Source of the DNA: an uncultured delta proteobacterium
Lineage (GTDB): Bacteria > Desulfobacterota > Syntrophia > Syntrophales > Smithellaceae
Length of the DNA: 64,000 nt
Direction: 5' to 3'
NCBI GenBank assembly: GCA_963753975.1
Contig: CAVWEH010000005.1
Coordinates: 672,001-736,000, forward strand
Shown here one piece after another: positions 29,525 to 39,552 of this stretch. The translations under genes were made by a program, and so were the position numbers. The notes beneath the pieces were generated by a model. The model did no database searches. It was not told the origin of the DNA and saw only the letters and a program-made list of their open reading frames with translations. How positions within the stretch are numbered: the stretch's first letter is position 1; every line of letters begins with the position of its first letter.

Positions 29525-30466
29525 ATGGCAAGAAAAGAACCGGAAAAATGGCTGAAAATGGAAATATCTGCACCCGTGGAACTCATGGATGCTCTCGGAA
29601 ATTTTCTTACCGAAACAGGTGCCCAGGGCGTATTTCAAGAAACACTGGAGCCTCAAACCGCTGGTGACTTTCCCGAATCGACGGACCAGGAAATACTCCA
29701 AGCCTATTTTCCTCAAGATGCGCGCTCTGAAAAAAGAATCATCGCTGTGCAAAAATATATGGAAAGCGTGCGCGAAATATTTCCCGGTATAAGAAGACCG
29801 TCCCTGAAAACGGAAGTCATCAGCGATCCGGATTGGGGCGAACAATGGAAAAAATATTTCAAGCCGATAAGGGTAAGCAACAATATAATCGTTAAACCGA
29901 CATGGGAAAGATATTCTCCTTCGAGCCGCGATATTGTAATTGAAATTGATCCGGGCATGGCCTTCGGCACCGGTCAGCATGCTTCCACCAGAATGTGCAT
30001 AGAAGCCCTCGAAGATATAATCATGAAAGATCGTTCCGTCGAATCATGGAAAGTGCTGGATGTCGGCTGCGGCACAGGAATACTGGGTATTACCGCCGCC
30101 AAACTTGGAGCACAGGACGTTATCAGCGTGGATATCGATAAAAAAGCCGTGGAAATCGCCCGCGAAAACGCCGCAATCAATCAGGTGAACGACCGCTTAA
30201 GATTTTTCAACCGTGATGTTACAACCATCAACGAACCGCGCAATTTAATTATCGCCAACCTTACTGCTAAATTGCTCTTAATCTTGAGAGAGCATTTGAC
30301 AAATTTACTTCTCGCGGACGGTTACTTGATCATCTCCGGCATTATTGAACAGGATACTAAAAGCATCGAAGAGAATTTTTCTGTCGCATCGTTCAGCCAA
30401 AGCAAAGTAATCACGGAAAAAGAATGGGTTTGCTATGTGCTCAGAAAAAAATCAGCAACTGTTTAA
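29525..30466 (+). CDS. prmA: Ribosomal protein L11 methyltransferase
   Basis: DWGEQWKKYFKP, IDPGMAFGTGQHAST, LDVGCGTGIL. Confidence 0.95.
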   Translation: MARKEPEKWLKMEISAPVELMDALGNFLTETGAQGVFQETLEPQTAGDFPESTDQEILQAYFPQDARSEKRIIAVQKYMESVREIFPGIRRPSLKTEVISDPDWGEQWKKYFKPIRVSNNIIVKPTWERYSPSSRDIVIEIDPGMAFGTGQHASTRMCIEALEDIIMKDRSVESWKVLDVGCGTGILGITAAKLGAQDVISVDIDKKAVEIARENAAINQVNDRLRFFNRDVTTINEPRNLIIANLTAKLLLILREHLTNLLLADGYLIISGIIEQDTKSIEENFSVASFSQSKVITEKEWVCYVLRKKSATV

Positions 30467-30518
30467 TTGCGAAACTTTTTAAACTTAAACGCTTCTATTA
30501 AGCAAAGGAAAGCCGGCT

Positions 30519-31292
30519 TTGACCATTACCAGAATTTATTGTCCTGATGCCATAAAAAGTAAAAAAATTTGCGAACTGGGACCGGACAATTATAAATATT
30601 TGAAACAAGTATTGCGCTTAAAGCCGGGCAATAAAATAAATGTATTTGACGGCTGCGGTCATGAGTTCGCTGCAGTAATTAAAAGTTTTTCCCCCGGTGG
30701 AGTTTGCGTAGAGTTGGGGGAAAAAATTTCAGCCCCCGGTAAAGGAATCCGGATCTCTTTGGCGCAAGCCATACCCAAAGCAAATAAAATGGATTTGATC
30801 GCGAAGAGTGCTGCCGAATTGGGCGCGGACGTAATAATTCCTTTTACGGCGGCGCGCTCAGTTAGCCGCATTGCCGGCGACAAGGAGCTGGCCAAAATCG
30901 CACGCTGGCAAAAGATTGTGCGGGAAGCGGCACGCTGCTGTCGCAGCAGTCAAATGACGGAAGTTTATCCTCTTAAGTCATTCGTATCCATGATTAAGGA
31001 TGCAGATGGACCTTTTCTCAAAATGATTTTTTGGGAAGAAGAATCGCAAAAAAGCATCAAGGACGTGCTTACCGATAAAAAAATAAATTCCATAAGAGAT
31101 TTTTTTATTGTTGTCGGACCGGAAGGCGGCTTTTCCAAAGACGAAGTAATCCTCGCAAAAGGGGCCGGTTTTATTTCTGTTTCGTTAGGCAGGCAAATTC
31201 TAAAAGTCGAAACAGCGGCAGCGGCAATAATTTCCATTATCCAATATGAAAAAGGAATCTTTAGTAATAGATCAAAGGAGGTTAATAAATGA
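30519..31292 (+). CDS. rsmE: 16S rRNA m3U1498 methyltransferase
   Basis: VLRLKPG, ELGAD, VGPEGGFS, SLGRQILKVETA. Confidence 0.93.
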   Translation: MTITRIYCPDAIKSKKICELGPDNYKYLKQVLRLKPGNKINVFDGCGHEFAAVIKSFSPGGVCVELGEKISAPGKGIRISLAQAIPKANKMDLIAKSAAELGADVIIPFTAARSVSRIAGDKELAKIARWQKIVREAARCCRSSQMTEVYPLKSFVSMIKDADGPFLKMIFWEEESQKSIKDVLTDKKINSIRDFFIVVGPEGGFSKDEVILAKGAGFISVSLGRQILKVETAAAAIISIIQYEKGIFSNRSKEVNK

Positions 31293-31897
31293 CCATTTAT
31301 AAATTTGCCGGTTTTTGGCGGCGGTTCGTAGCCTACCTAATCGACAGCACTATTATCGCCATTGTTTTCTTTGTTCTATTTACGATCGCTATGGTGGCCT
31401 TTTTATTTGGCGTCATGTCCGTTGATAGCAGCGAATGGCTTGCTGATTTGGCGGATCCCACAAAATTATTTTCCATGTCCATTCTTATTTTGATGCTTTT
31501 AATCGCTCTAATGATTGCCTATTTTACTTATTTTCACGGCACTACCGGACGCACACCGGGCAAGATGCTCCTCGGCTTGCAGGTAATTTCCGTTGATGGA
31601 GCGCCGATAACTTATGGTATCGCTTTTTTAAGAGCGGTAGGCTATCTGGTTTCTAGTTTATTATTTACGATTCCGGTTGGCTTTATCTGGGCTGCTTTCG
31701 ACAAGAAAAAACAAGGCTGGCATGACAAGATTGCCGATACGGTCGTAATCATCAGGGAACAGGAAAATCAAAGTGCCGGCATATCCATTCCCGATCAACC
31801 GGCAATTCTACCAGCGCCGCAACATGATGACATAAGACCTGAAGACATTAAAGAGCAAACGAACGGGCCGGGTCAAATGCCGGGAAACAATAGCTAA
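31289..31897 (+). CDS. RDD-family membrane protein
   Basis: AGFWRRFVAYLID, TPGKMLLGL, QGWHDKIADT. Confidence 0.9.
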   Translation: MTIYKFAGFWRRFVAYLIDSTIIAIVFFVLFTIAMVAFLFGVMSVDSSEWLADLADPTKLFSMSILILMLLIALMIAYFTYFHGTTGRTPGKMLLGLQVISVDGAPITYGIAFLRAVGYLVSSLLFTIPVGFIWAAFDKKKQGWHDKIADTVVIIREQENQSAGISIPDQPAILPAPQHDDIRPEDIKEQTNGPGQMPGNNS

Positions 31898-31994
31898 CCG
31901 AGAGGCAAGCACGCGTAAGCAGCAAAAAGACCTTGACAAAGAAAGTCATATTTTATAGACGATTGCAGCCTTTGCCAGGTTAAATAAATCCGGC

Positions 31995-32070
31995 GGGTCG
32001 GTAGCTCAGTCGGTAGAGCATCGGACTGAAAATCCGAGTGTCGGCAGTTCAATTCTGCCCTGACCCACCA
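31995..32070 (+). tRNA. tRNA-Phe (GAA)
   Basis: 76-nt cloverleaf; acceptor GGGTCGG/CTGACCC; anticodon arm TCGGA-CTGAAAA-TCCGA; encoded CCA. Confidence 0.97.
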
Positions 32071-32081
32071 TAAAACTGCAG

Positions 32082-32109
32082 GCCCTCCCTAAATAAGGAG
32101 GGCTTTTTT
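32082..32109 (+). terminator. Rho-independent terminator after tRNA-Phe
   Basis: GCCCTCC...GGAGGGC followed by T6. Confidence 0.75.
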
Positions 32110-32130
32110 AGTCCACCGTCTTTCGAGATA

Positions 32131-33471
32131 ATGGAACTAATAAGTGTGTCGATGACAAAACAAAAATTGAAAATCATGCTGGTCAATCCTCCCAACTGCG
32201 GCAAGAGTATTCCGGAGGAGGAATACGGCATTACCTCTCTTAAACAGCTTTTCAAGGGAGAACCTTTCAATCTGGAAGTCCTCGCCGGTCCTTTGCAGGA
32301 ACATGAAGTAACGATATTTGATCTCAAGAGCGAGAGCGAAGAGACTTTTTGGAAATCCTTCGACACGTTTGCGCCGGACATTGTCGGTCTAACAGCAGTA
32401 ACCTGCGAGGCCAATACCGTCATCCGCATAGCCCGCAAAATAAAAGAGAAAAGCAATCCGTTCATCGTAATCGGCGGCAATCACGCCACTTATAGCCCCG
32501 GCTATTTTAACCGTCCCGAATTCGACTATATTGTTATCGGTTTAGGGAAAAAAAGTTTCAGTGAATTACTCGAGTGTTTGGCTCAAGGCAAAAAAGGCAT
32601 AGGCATTGCCGGAGTTGCGCAAACCTCGCCCGGTAAACCTTTAGCCTATGTCACCAGAAATTATAGCGAAGCGGATTTGATGGAGGATATCCCTCCCCGC
32701 TATGATCTCGTTGCCAAATATAGAAGCCAATATTTTCTGGAGCAATTGGGTCTGACAATGGGGTTTGTCATCACCGCCTACGGCTGCACGCATAAATGTT
32801 CTTTTTGCACGATCCCGGGAATGACGGGAGGAAAATACTTGAATCACTCTATAGATGCTGTAATTCGCGATATCCGGCTGCTCGGCGATATTTCCTTTAT
32901 TCGTATGGTTGATGCCAACACCTTCGGCAATACGTCATTATCACTTGACCTTTACAGAAAAATCATGCAATCCGGTATCAAGAAAAGATTCTTCGCGGAT
33001 GTCCGTGCCGATACTATTGTCAAACACCCGGCTCTAATGAAAAACTGGAAGGAAGCCGGACTCTATGCGGTCGTCGTGGGCTTCGAGGATTTTCAGGATA
33101 CGCGCCTTGCCGCCTATAACAAAAAATATCAAGGTCATGTGATTAACGAAGCAATAAAAATTTTGCATGACCTGGGCATAGTCATTATCGGTGATTTTAT
33201 CGCCTCTCCCGAATATGAGGAAAGTGATTTTGAAAAACTGGAAAACTTCATAGTCGCCAATAAGATCGAAGTTCCGGTAATATCTATTTTGACTCCTATT
33301 CCGGGAACGCCTCTATACGAGACAATGAAGAATCAAATCGTGATTTCCGATTTGGATTATTACACCTTTACCAACGCGGTCACGGCGACAAAGATGCGCG
33401 AAGATTTATTTTACAGAACATTCGCTGATATGGTAAAAAGGTTTCATGATAAGCCGCACAGACCACAGTAA
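32131..33471 (+). CDS. Cobalamin-binding-domain radical SAM protein
   Basis: B12-binding fold (PDIVGLTA, IGGNHAT) and GCTHKCSFC. Confidence 0.88.
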   Translation: MELISVSMTKQKLKIMLVNPPNCGKSIPEEEYGITSLKQLFKGEPFNLEVLAGPLQEHEVTIFDLKSESEETFWKSFDTFAPDIVGLTAVTCEANTVIRIARKIKEKSNPFIVIGGNHATYSPGYFNRPEFDYIVIGLGKKSFSELLECLAQGKKGIGIAGVAQTSPGKPLAYVTRNYSEADLMEDIPPRYDLVAKYRSQYFLEQLGLTMGFVITAYGCTHKCSFCTIPGMTGGKYLNHSIDAVIRDIRLLGDISFIRMVDANTFGNTSLSLDLYRKIMQSGIKKRFFADVRADTIVKHPALMKNWKEAGLYAVVVGFEDFQDTRLAAYNKKYQGHVINEAIKILHDLGIVIIGDFIASPEYEESDFEKLENFIVANKIEVPVISILTPIPGTPLYETMKNQIVISDLDYYTFTNAVTATKMREDLFYRTFADMVKRFHDKPHRPQ

Positions 33472-33485
33472 ACGGAGGGAAATTA

Positions 33486-34628
33486 GTGCCTGTCTATATT
33501 AATGATGTTTCCGCGTTTCTCCCCAACGAGCCGGTTGGAAACGAAGAGATTGAAGATATACTGGGGAAAATTCATGATAATCGCTCCCGCATGAAATCAA
33601 TGGTTCTCAAAAACAACGGGATACTAAAAAGATACTATGCGATCGACCGCAAAACTGGAAAGCTCAATTATACGAACGCGGCACTTACGGCGGAGGCAGT
33701 CAAAAGATTGAAACCTTATGAAGGTTTTTCGATAAATGATATTCAGTGCCTCTGCTGCGGCACAACTATCGCGGACGTTATCGCGCCCGGCCACGGTCTG
33801 ATGGTGATGGGCGAACTTAAGATTCCGCCCTGCGAAGTTATTACCACGGCGGGCATTTGTCTCTCCGGCGTCACCTCCTTCAAGGCCGCCTACGCCAATG
33901 TCGCCCTGGAGTTGAGCGATAACGCCGTGGCGACCGGTTCGGAACTCGCCTCATCTCTCATACGCTCTAATTTCTTTGAGCACCTCCCCGGCGATCCTGA
34001 CCTGAAACGGCATCCTGTTCTTACCTTTGAATCGGATTTTTTGCGCTGGATGTTATCCGATGCCGCGGGCGCTGTTTTTATGTCCCGCAAGAAAAATAAG
34101 AAAGGCGGGTCGCTGAGGGTCGATTGGATCGAGCATGTGTCTTACGCGGGACAAATGGATGTTTGTATGTATGCGGGCGGTGTGAAAAAAGCGGACGGCA
34201 GAGTTACCGGGTGGCGCGAGCTTGATTCGCTTCAGGAAGCTCTCGCCGGAAACTTTTTTGCTCTCAAGCAGGATACCGAACTTCTGGGCGAACATGTTGT
34301 ACGCATTACCGTAAGCGAAGCGCTTTTGCGCACCGTGAAGAAAAGAAAAATTAAGCCGCAAGAAATTGATTGGTTTTTGCCGCATTATTCATCGGAATAT
34401 TTCCGCGACAAAATTCATGATGCGATGGCCGGCATTAACTTTGAAATACCTTACGAGAAATGGTTTACCAACCTTACCTCTAAAGGCAACACCGGCGCCG
34501 CTTCCATTTACGTGATGCTGGAAGAGCTTTTCCATTCGGATAAATTGAAGAAAGGGCAGAAGCTGCTTTGCTATATTCCCGAAAGCGGCCGGTTTTCCGT
34601 CGCCTATATGCTGCTTACCGTTGTTTAG
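33486..34628 (+). CDS. StlD/DarB-family beta-ketosynthase (KAS III-like)
   Basis: FLPNEPV, NNGILKRYYA, AGIC, FLRWMLSDAAGA, FLPHYSS, GNTGAAS, PESGRFS. Confidence 0.85.
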   Translation: MPVYINDVSAFLPNEPVGNEEIEDILGKIHDNRSRMKSMVLKNNGILKRYYAIDRKTGKLNYTNAALTAEAVKRLKPYEGFSINDIQCLCCGTTIADVIAPGHGLMVMGELKIPPCEVITTAGICLSGVTSFKAAYANVALELSDNAVATGSELASSLIRSNFFEHLPGDPDLKRHPVLTFESDFLRWMLSDAAGAVFMSRKKNKKGGSLRVDWIEHVSYAGQMDVCMYAGGVKKADGRVTGWRELDSLQEALAGNFFALKQDTELLGEHVVRITVSEALLRTVKKRKIKPQEIDWFLPHYSSEYFRDKIHDAMAGINFEIPYEKWFTNLTSKGNTGAASIYVMLEELFHSDKLKKGQKLLCYIPESGRFSVAYMLLTVV

Positions 34629-34653
34629 GTGTAGCTGCGGACGCTGTTTTTTC

Positions 34654-34926
34654 AATGAAACTCAAATTTCCAAAACGAAGTGTATAACCTGAAGGTCACA
34701 CGTTGAAATTTGCGGAGCTTCAAGAGAACAGTCGAAGACTCTTTTCCAACATGCGACGTCCCGCAAAGTACAGCGGGGTTAGTTGAATTGATCCCGCCAT
34801 AGGCGGAGGGTATCGTAGATACCCGTGGTGCATGGAACTCAAATTTCCAAAACGAAGCGCATGGAAATTTGTTAGTTGTAATGAGACCCAAACTTCAGAA
34901 ACAGAATGCATGACCTAAAGGTCACG
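34654..34926 (+). repeat. Three tandem copies of the ATGARACTC-hairpin dispersed element
   Basis: Units begin at 34654, 34831 and 34880; the first matches 39184-39300 over about 115 nt. Confidence 0.75.
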
Positions 34927-35000
34927 TCACCCCGTGAATATAATTATTGAACAAATCATATAACAGATGTAAATCAATACAGAATAAGGAGGCGCTGCCA

Positions 35001-35585
35001 ATGAAATCGAAATCCGTGAAGATTATAATTATATTTTTAGTTTTATCAGTCTTTCCCTTATTCTCCGCTTATTCAAATGATAAGCAACAATCAACGGATA
35101 TCGAGGCAATTAATCAGGATCAACGGCTAAGGGACGCATTGAAAGGCGTCAGTGCAAAAAAAGCTATGCTGCTTGCGAACAAATGGCGGCTGGAGAAAAT
35201 TAATATTGTGAGTTTTGTAACCCCGGATGCGGTAAATTTTAAGTTCCGAGATGGAAAAACTCTAAGCATATCTCTGCCGGATGATGAGATGATTGTGTCC
35301 GTCGCACCTTATATAAAAAACACGCATGAATGCGCGACTCATTATATGTCGAGTTGTGATGGGGAACTGAAGAATAAACTTGTAAAAATTAAAGCGGTTA
35401 CCGCTAAAGGTAAAATTCTCATTAATAAAATAGTTACTATGCCCCGCACCGGGTTTTATGATCTTTGGCTTCCCCGAGATCAGGAGATAACCATATCAGT
35501 CGATGCCCTGGGTAAAAAAGCAACCGGCAAAATATTTACTAACAGAAACAGCAAAACTTGCGACACAACATTGAAGCTCGAGTAG
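35001..35585 (+). CDS. CueP-family periplasmic metal-binding protein
   Basis: Signal peptide; APYIKNTHECATHYMSSCDGEL, GFYDLWLPR, TCDTTLKL; AAGGAGG RBS. Confidence 0.75.
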   Translation: MKSKSVKIIIIFLVLSVFPLFSAYSNDKQQSTDIEAINQDQRLRDALKGVSAKKAMLLANKWRLEKINIVSFVTPDAVNFKFRDGKTLSISLPDDEMIVSVAPYIKNTHECATHYMSSCDGELKNKLVKIKAVTAKGKILINKIVTMPRTGFYDLWLPRDQEITISVDALGKKATGKIFTNRNSKTCDTTLKLE

Positions 35586-35739
35586 TAAGCTTGATCATCT
35601 ATTTGAGCTTCATCACTTAAATCACGTGGTGTTTATTCAAGAAGGGTATTTGTTTCTGAGGAAATCCTTGACAGGCGGAGTTATTTATTCTGTACTCTTG
35701 GTCATCATTTTGTAGAAGTTCATATCCGGGGAGATTGAT

Positions 35740-37887
35740 ATGTCTGAAAATCCTTTGCAATTGCTGATGAATCCCAAATCTATAGCTGTCGCGGGAGCAA
35801 GCAACAAACCGACCAAGATGGGGACAATACAATCCTTGAGTGTTTTGAAAGACGGCTACCAAGGCAAGTTCTATCCGATTCATCCCACGGAAAAAACAAT
35901 TCTAGGGATTGCGGCTTATGCCTCGCCATTGGATTTACCCGAAGTTCCTGATCTGGCCTTGTTGATAGTTCCCGTAAAAGCGGTCGTTTCCCTTTTGGAG
36001 GATTTCGGCAAAATCGGCACGAAAAGGGCAATCGTCGTCACCGCTGGTTTCAGGGAAACAGGAAACGCCGGTCAGGATATGGAAAATAAGCTCAATGAAG
36101 TTGCTCGCCGCTATGGGATGCGTTTTGTCGGCCCCAATTGTCTGGGCGTAATTAACAGTCAGATTTTTTTGAATACAACTGTCTATCCCTTTCCCCGGGA
36201 GCACGGCCTGCTTGGTTTTGCATCGCAGAGCGGCACTTATGTTACACAGGTTCTTCCCCTGTTGAGAAAAAAGGGAATCCGTTTCAGCAAAGCCATCAGT
36301 CTCGGCAACGAAGCAAATATCGATATTGCTGATGCCTTGGAATTTTTGGGAGAGGATGAGCAAACCAAAGCAATTATACTTTACATTGAAGGAATTCGTG
36401 ATGGCAAAAGATTCATAGAAATTGCCCGCAAAATTACTTCGCATAAACCCGTGTTGGCGCAGTATGTCGGCGGCACCAAATCCGGTGCCCGAGCCGGCAT
36501 GAGCCACACCGGCGCCATGTCCGGACCCGATTTTCTTTATGACGGCATCTTCAAACAAGCAGGGATAATCCGTGTGGGCTCCGTGGAAGAGCTTTACGAC
36601 CACGGCTGGACGCTGGCCACACAACCACTCCCGCGGGGAAGGCGTGTCGGTGTCATCACTAATTCCGGCGGTCCGTCATCCTCCATTTCCTATACTTGCG
36701 ATTTAGTTGGATTGGAAGTTCCGCGTTTTTCCGCCGGTTTGCAAAAAGAAATCAGAAAATATTTGCAGCCGCATGCGGCTTCGGCCAATCCGGTAGATCT
36801 GACTTTTGATACAGGCATGGAAAAACTGGCGGTAACCATTCCTGAGCTCGTAATCAAGAGCGGGGAAGTGGATGCTTTAATCGTGCATGGAATAATGCAC
36901 TCCGGTTTTTTGCGCGAAATTTATAATCATGTTTCCGATTATATCAAGGGGATTTCCTTTGAAGAATTTTTAACTTTCACCGGGCCCGTAATTAAAGAAG
37001 TGTTTGAACTGCCGCGCAAATATAACATGCCCTTAATTATTTCCAGTTTCTTCGGTCAGGAAGATTCTTATACTAAAGGTTTTCAGGAAAACAATATTCC
37101 GGTCTTTAATTCTCCGGAAAAGACCGCCCGTGCGTTAGGCTCTCTTTATCGCTATAAACTAATCAAGGAACGGTCTCTGGATAAAAAAATTGTGTTGCCC
37201 CAAATCAGCGAACAAGCCGGAAGTCTCATTAAACAAGCGAAGGAAAATGGACAAAAAGCTCTGGATGAACATGCAGCCAAGAGTTTGCTTGCTGCCTACG
37301 GTGTACCGGTTACAAAGGAAGCACCGACAAAAACGGAAAGTGAAGCGCTTTCCGCCGCCGCTAAAATCGGTTATCCGGTAGCACTGAAAGCCTGTTACTG
37401 GGAAATCATGCACAAGAGCGGCAAGGGGCTCATAGCTTTAAACATAGAAGATGCCTCCGAGTTAAAAACGGCGTTTCAGGATATTCAAAAGGCCGCGGGA
37501 AAATCAGTGCCGGTACTGGTTCAGGAAATGCTCGCCGGCAGCCGGGAATTTCTGGCCGGTATGACTCGTTTTGCCGGATTTGGGCCGTGTGTGGTTTTTG
37601 GATTGGGCGGTGTTTTTACCGAGATGTACCGCGATACGACAATTCGGATGGCGCCGCTTACCGATGCCGACACAAAGGAAATGTTTGCCGATCTGCGTGC
37701 GCACAAACTTCTGGATGAATTCCGGGGCATGCCGCAGGTAGAGAAGGATAAGCTTGCGGGAATACTGCAAGCAATAGGAAATATTTCCTTATTGCATCCG
37801 GAAATAGCCGAAATTGATTTAAACCCCATTATCATCAGCGGGGCCAAGCCTGTTGCCGCCGATGCTTTGATTGTGCTTTCAGGATAG
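35740..37887 (+). CDS. ADP-forming acetate/acyl-CoA ligase (alpha-beta fusion)
   Basis: PKSIAVAGAS, GPNCLG, SQSG, SHTGAM, NPVDL, C-terminal ATP-grasp with EIDLNP. Confidence 0.92.
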   Translation: MSENPLQLLMNPKSIAVAGASNKPTKMGTIQSLSVLKDGYQGKFYPIHPTEKTILGIAAYASPLDLPEVPDLALLIVPVKAVVSLLEDFGKIGTKRAIVVTAGFRETGNAGQDMENKLNEVARRYGMRFVGPNCLGVINSQIFLNTTVYPFPREHGLLGFASQSGTYVTQVLPLLRKKGIRFSKAISLGNEANIDIADALEFLGEDEQTKAIILYIEGIRDGKRFIEIARKITSHKPVLAQYVGGTKSGARAGMSHTGAMSGPDFLYDGIFKQAGIIRVGSVEELYDHGWTLATQPLPRGRRVGVITNSGGPSSSISYTCDLVGLEVPRFSAGLQKEIRKYLQPHAASANPVDLTFDTGMEKLAVTIPELVIKSGEVDALIVHGIMHSGFLREIYNHVSDYIKGISFEEFLTFTGPVIKEVFELPRKYNMPLIISSFFGQEDSYTKGFQENNIPVFNSPEKTARALGSLYRYKLIKERSLDKKIVLPQISEQAGSLIKQAKENGQKALDEHAAKSLLAAYGVPVTKEAPTKTESEALSAAAKIGYPVALKACYWEIMHKSGKGLIALNIEDASELKTAFQDIQKAAGKSVPVLVQEMLAGSREFLAGMTRFAGFGPCVVFGLGGVFTEMYRDTTIRMAPLTDADTKEMFADLRAHKLLDEFRGMPQVEKDKLAGILQAIGNISLLHPEIAEIDLNPIIISGAKPVAADALIVLSG

Positions 37888-37931
37888 CGGAGAAGAACTA
37901 ATTTTTTTAAGAAATCTGTCGGAAGAATATT

Positions 37932-39092
37932 CTAACGTTTTTTGCGGGATTTTTTGAATACATCACCGAGAGTACCCATCATTTCCGGCGCCTTGGCCAT
38001 GTAGTCCTTTAATTCGTCATTTTCAGACGCGGCATTTTCGTTTCCGGCAAGATCAAGAGAGATTCTTTTATTGACCGGATCAGCTTTTTCAATTCTTACT
38101 TCCAACTGCGCGTCCGGAGAAAGCACATCGCGTGCATGTTTAATCTTCTTGCCGCGGGCGAGTTTGGAAATATGTAAAAGGCCGTCAATACCGGCTTCCA
38201 AAGTGATAAAAGCTCCAAAATCCGTCAGGCGCGCTACCCGGCCTTCGTGAATACTCCCTTCGGGATATTTACTCAGGACATCATTCCACGGATCGGGCAG
38301 AGTGTCTTTGAAAGACAGGGTAATGCGTTCATTTTCCCAATCAAGATTGATAATTTTTGCTTCTATTTTATCGCCCGGGAAATAGAGAGCCTTGGCGTCC
38401 TGAACTTTCCCCCAGGCCATTTCGGAAACGGGCAGCAGAGCTTGTATCCCTCCGATATCCACGAAAGCGCCGAAATCACGGACGGCTTTGATTACACCCT
38501 GGACGAGCATGCCTTTTTGCAATGAACCTTTGAGCTCTTTGATTTTTTCCTGTTCGATTTTTTCGAGAAGCGGACGGCGGGAAAGAACTATTGTGCGTCC
38601 GTTTTCCGCATATTCGATAATCATAAAATCAAATTTCTTGCCGATATACAAGGCGACATCATCGATTTTTTTCGTATCCATCTGGGAGTAGGGACAAAAG
38701 CCCACGACATTTGCACTTATTTTGACTTCGAAGCCTCCTTTGATTTCCTTTTCCACGGTTGCTGGGAGTGGAATTTGTCTTTTATAAGCATTGTATAAAT
38801 AATCGTCAACACTCTTGCGTGTCAGCAATTTGGTGGTAAAGAGCTTTTCACCGTGCTTCGAGGATAAAAAATAGGCCGTGATAGGATCGCCTTCCTTTAC
38901 TCTCAGGTTGCCTTCATCATCCAGAAGCTCTTTTTTATCGAGATAGCCTTCGCTTTTTGCCCCCAGATCGAGAAATATCCAGTCGGAAGTAATTTTTACG
39001 ACGGTCGTATCGATTTTTTCTCCCACAGAATAACGCCGGGGAGTGAGACTTGTCTCATCAAGCAACTCAGCAAAACTCTTTTCCTCAGCCAT
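37932..39092 (-). CDS. Short ribosomal protein S1-like protein (four S1 domains)
   Basis: FLDLGAKSEG, FGAFVDIGG, FGAFITLEAGIDGLLHIS. Confidence 0.85.
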   Translation of the reverse strand: MAEEKSFAELLDETSLTPRRYSVGEKIDTTVVKITSDWIFLDLGAKSEGYLDKKELLDDEGNLRVKEGDPITAYFLSSKHGEKLFTTKLLTRKSVDDYLYNAYKRQIPLPATVEKEIKGGFEVKISANVVGFCPYSQMDTKKIDDVALYIGKKFDFMIIEYAENGRTIVLSRRPLLEKIEQEKIKELKGSLQKGMLVQGVIKAVRDFGAFVDIGGIQALLPVSEMAWGKVQDAKALYFPGDKIEAKIINLDWENERITLSFKDTLPDPWNDVLSKYPEGSIHEGRVARLTDFGAFITLEAGIDGLLHISKLARGKKIKHARDVLSPDAQLEVRIEKADPVNKRISLDLAGNENAASENDELKDYMAKAPEMMGTLGDVFKKSRKKR

Positions 39093-39183
39093 AGATCTTC
39101 CTCGTCTTAAGCAATAATGAAGTTTCCGCATCGGGCGGTTGTCTTTGATAACATGAAAAAAATAATTTGTCTTTCAGAAAATT

Positions 39184-39300
39184 AATGAGACTCAAATTTC
39201 GGAAACGAAGTGCGCCGAAATTTGCGGAGCCTCAAAAAGGCATCTGAAAACTCTTTTTCAACATGCGACGTCCCGCAAAATGTAGCGGGATCAGTCGAAT
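39184..39300 (+). repeat. ATGARACTC-hairpin dispersed element copy
   Basis: AATGAGACT-CAAATTTCGG-12 nt-CCGAAATTTG-CGGAG...CAACATGCGACGTCCCGC; matches the 34654 copy. Confidence 0.75.
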
Positions 39301-39552
39301 ACAGTGCCTATGCATGCCGTGACTTGACATGGCATGCGGGCAAATATAAAATCATCAACTTCCTTATGTATCAAAGACTCTGGTTTTCCTCCATAACCAG
39401 AGTCTTTAATTATCCTGCGAATGGAATTCGCGGGGCGAATTATCCATCTAGCGAAACGGGATTAATACCGTTGCTTTTTTTAAAAAAATCTGGATATTTC
39501 AAGAAATATGTATTATTAACGAATCAAGAATATCCAAGGAGTTAAATCACTT

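Noticed and set aside
34654..34926. Tandem repeats as a CRISPR array
   Set aside because: Units are degenerate and irregularly spaced, dispersed copies exist elsewhere, and no cas genes are present
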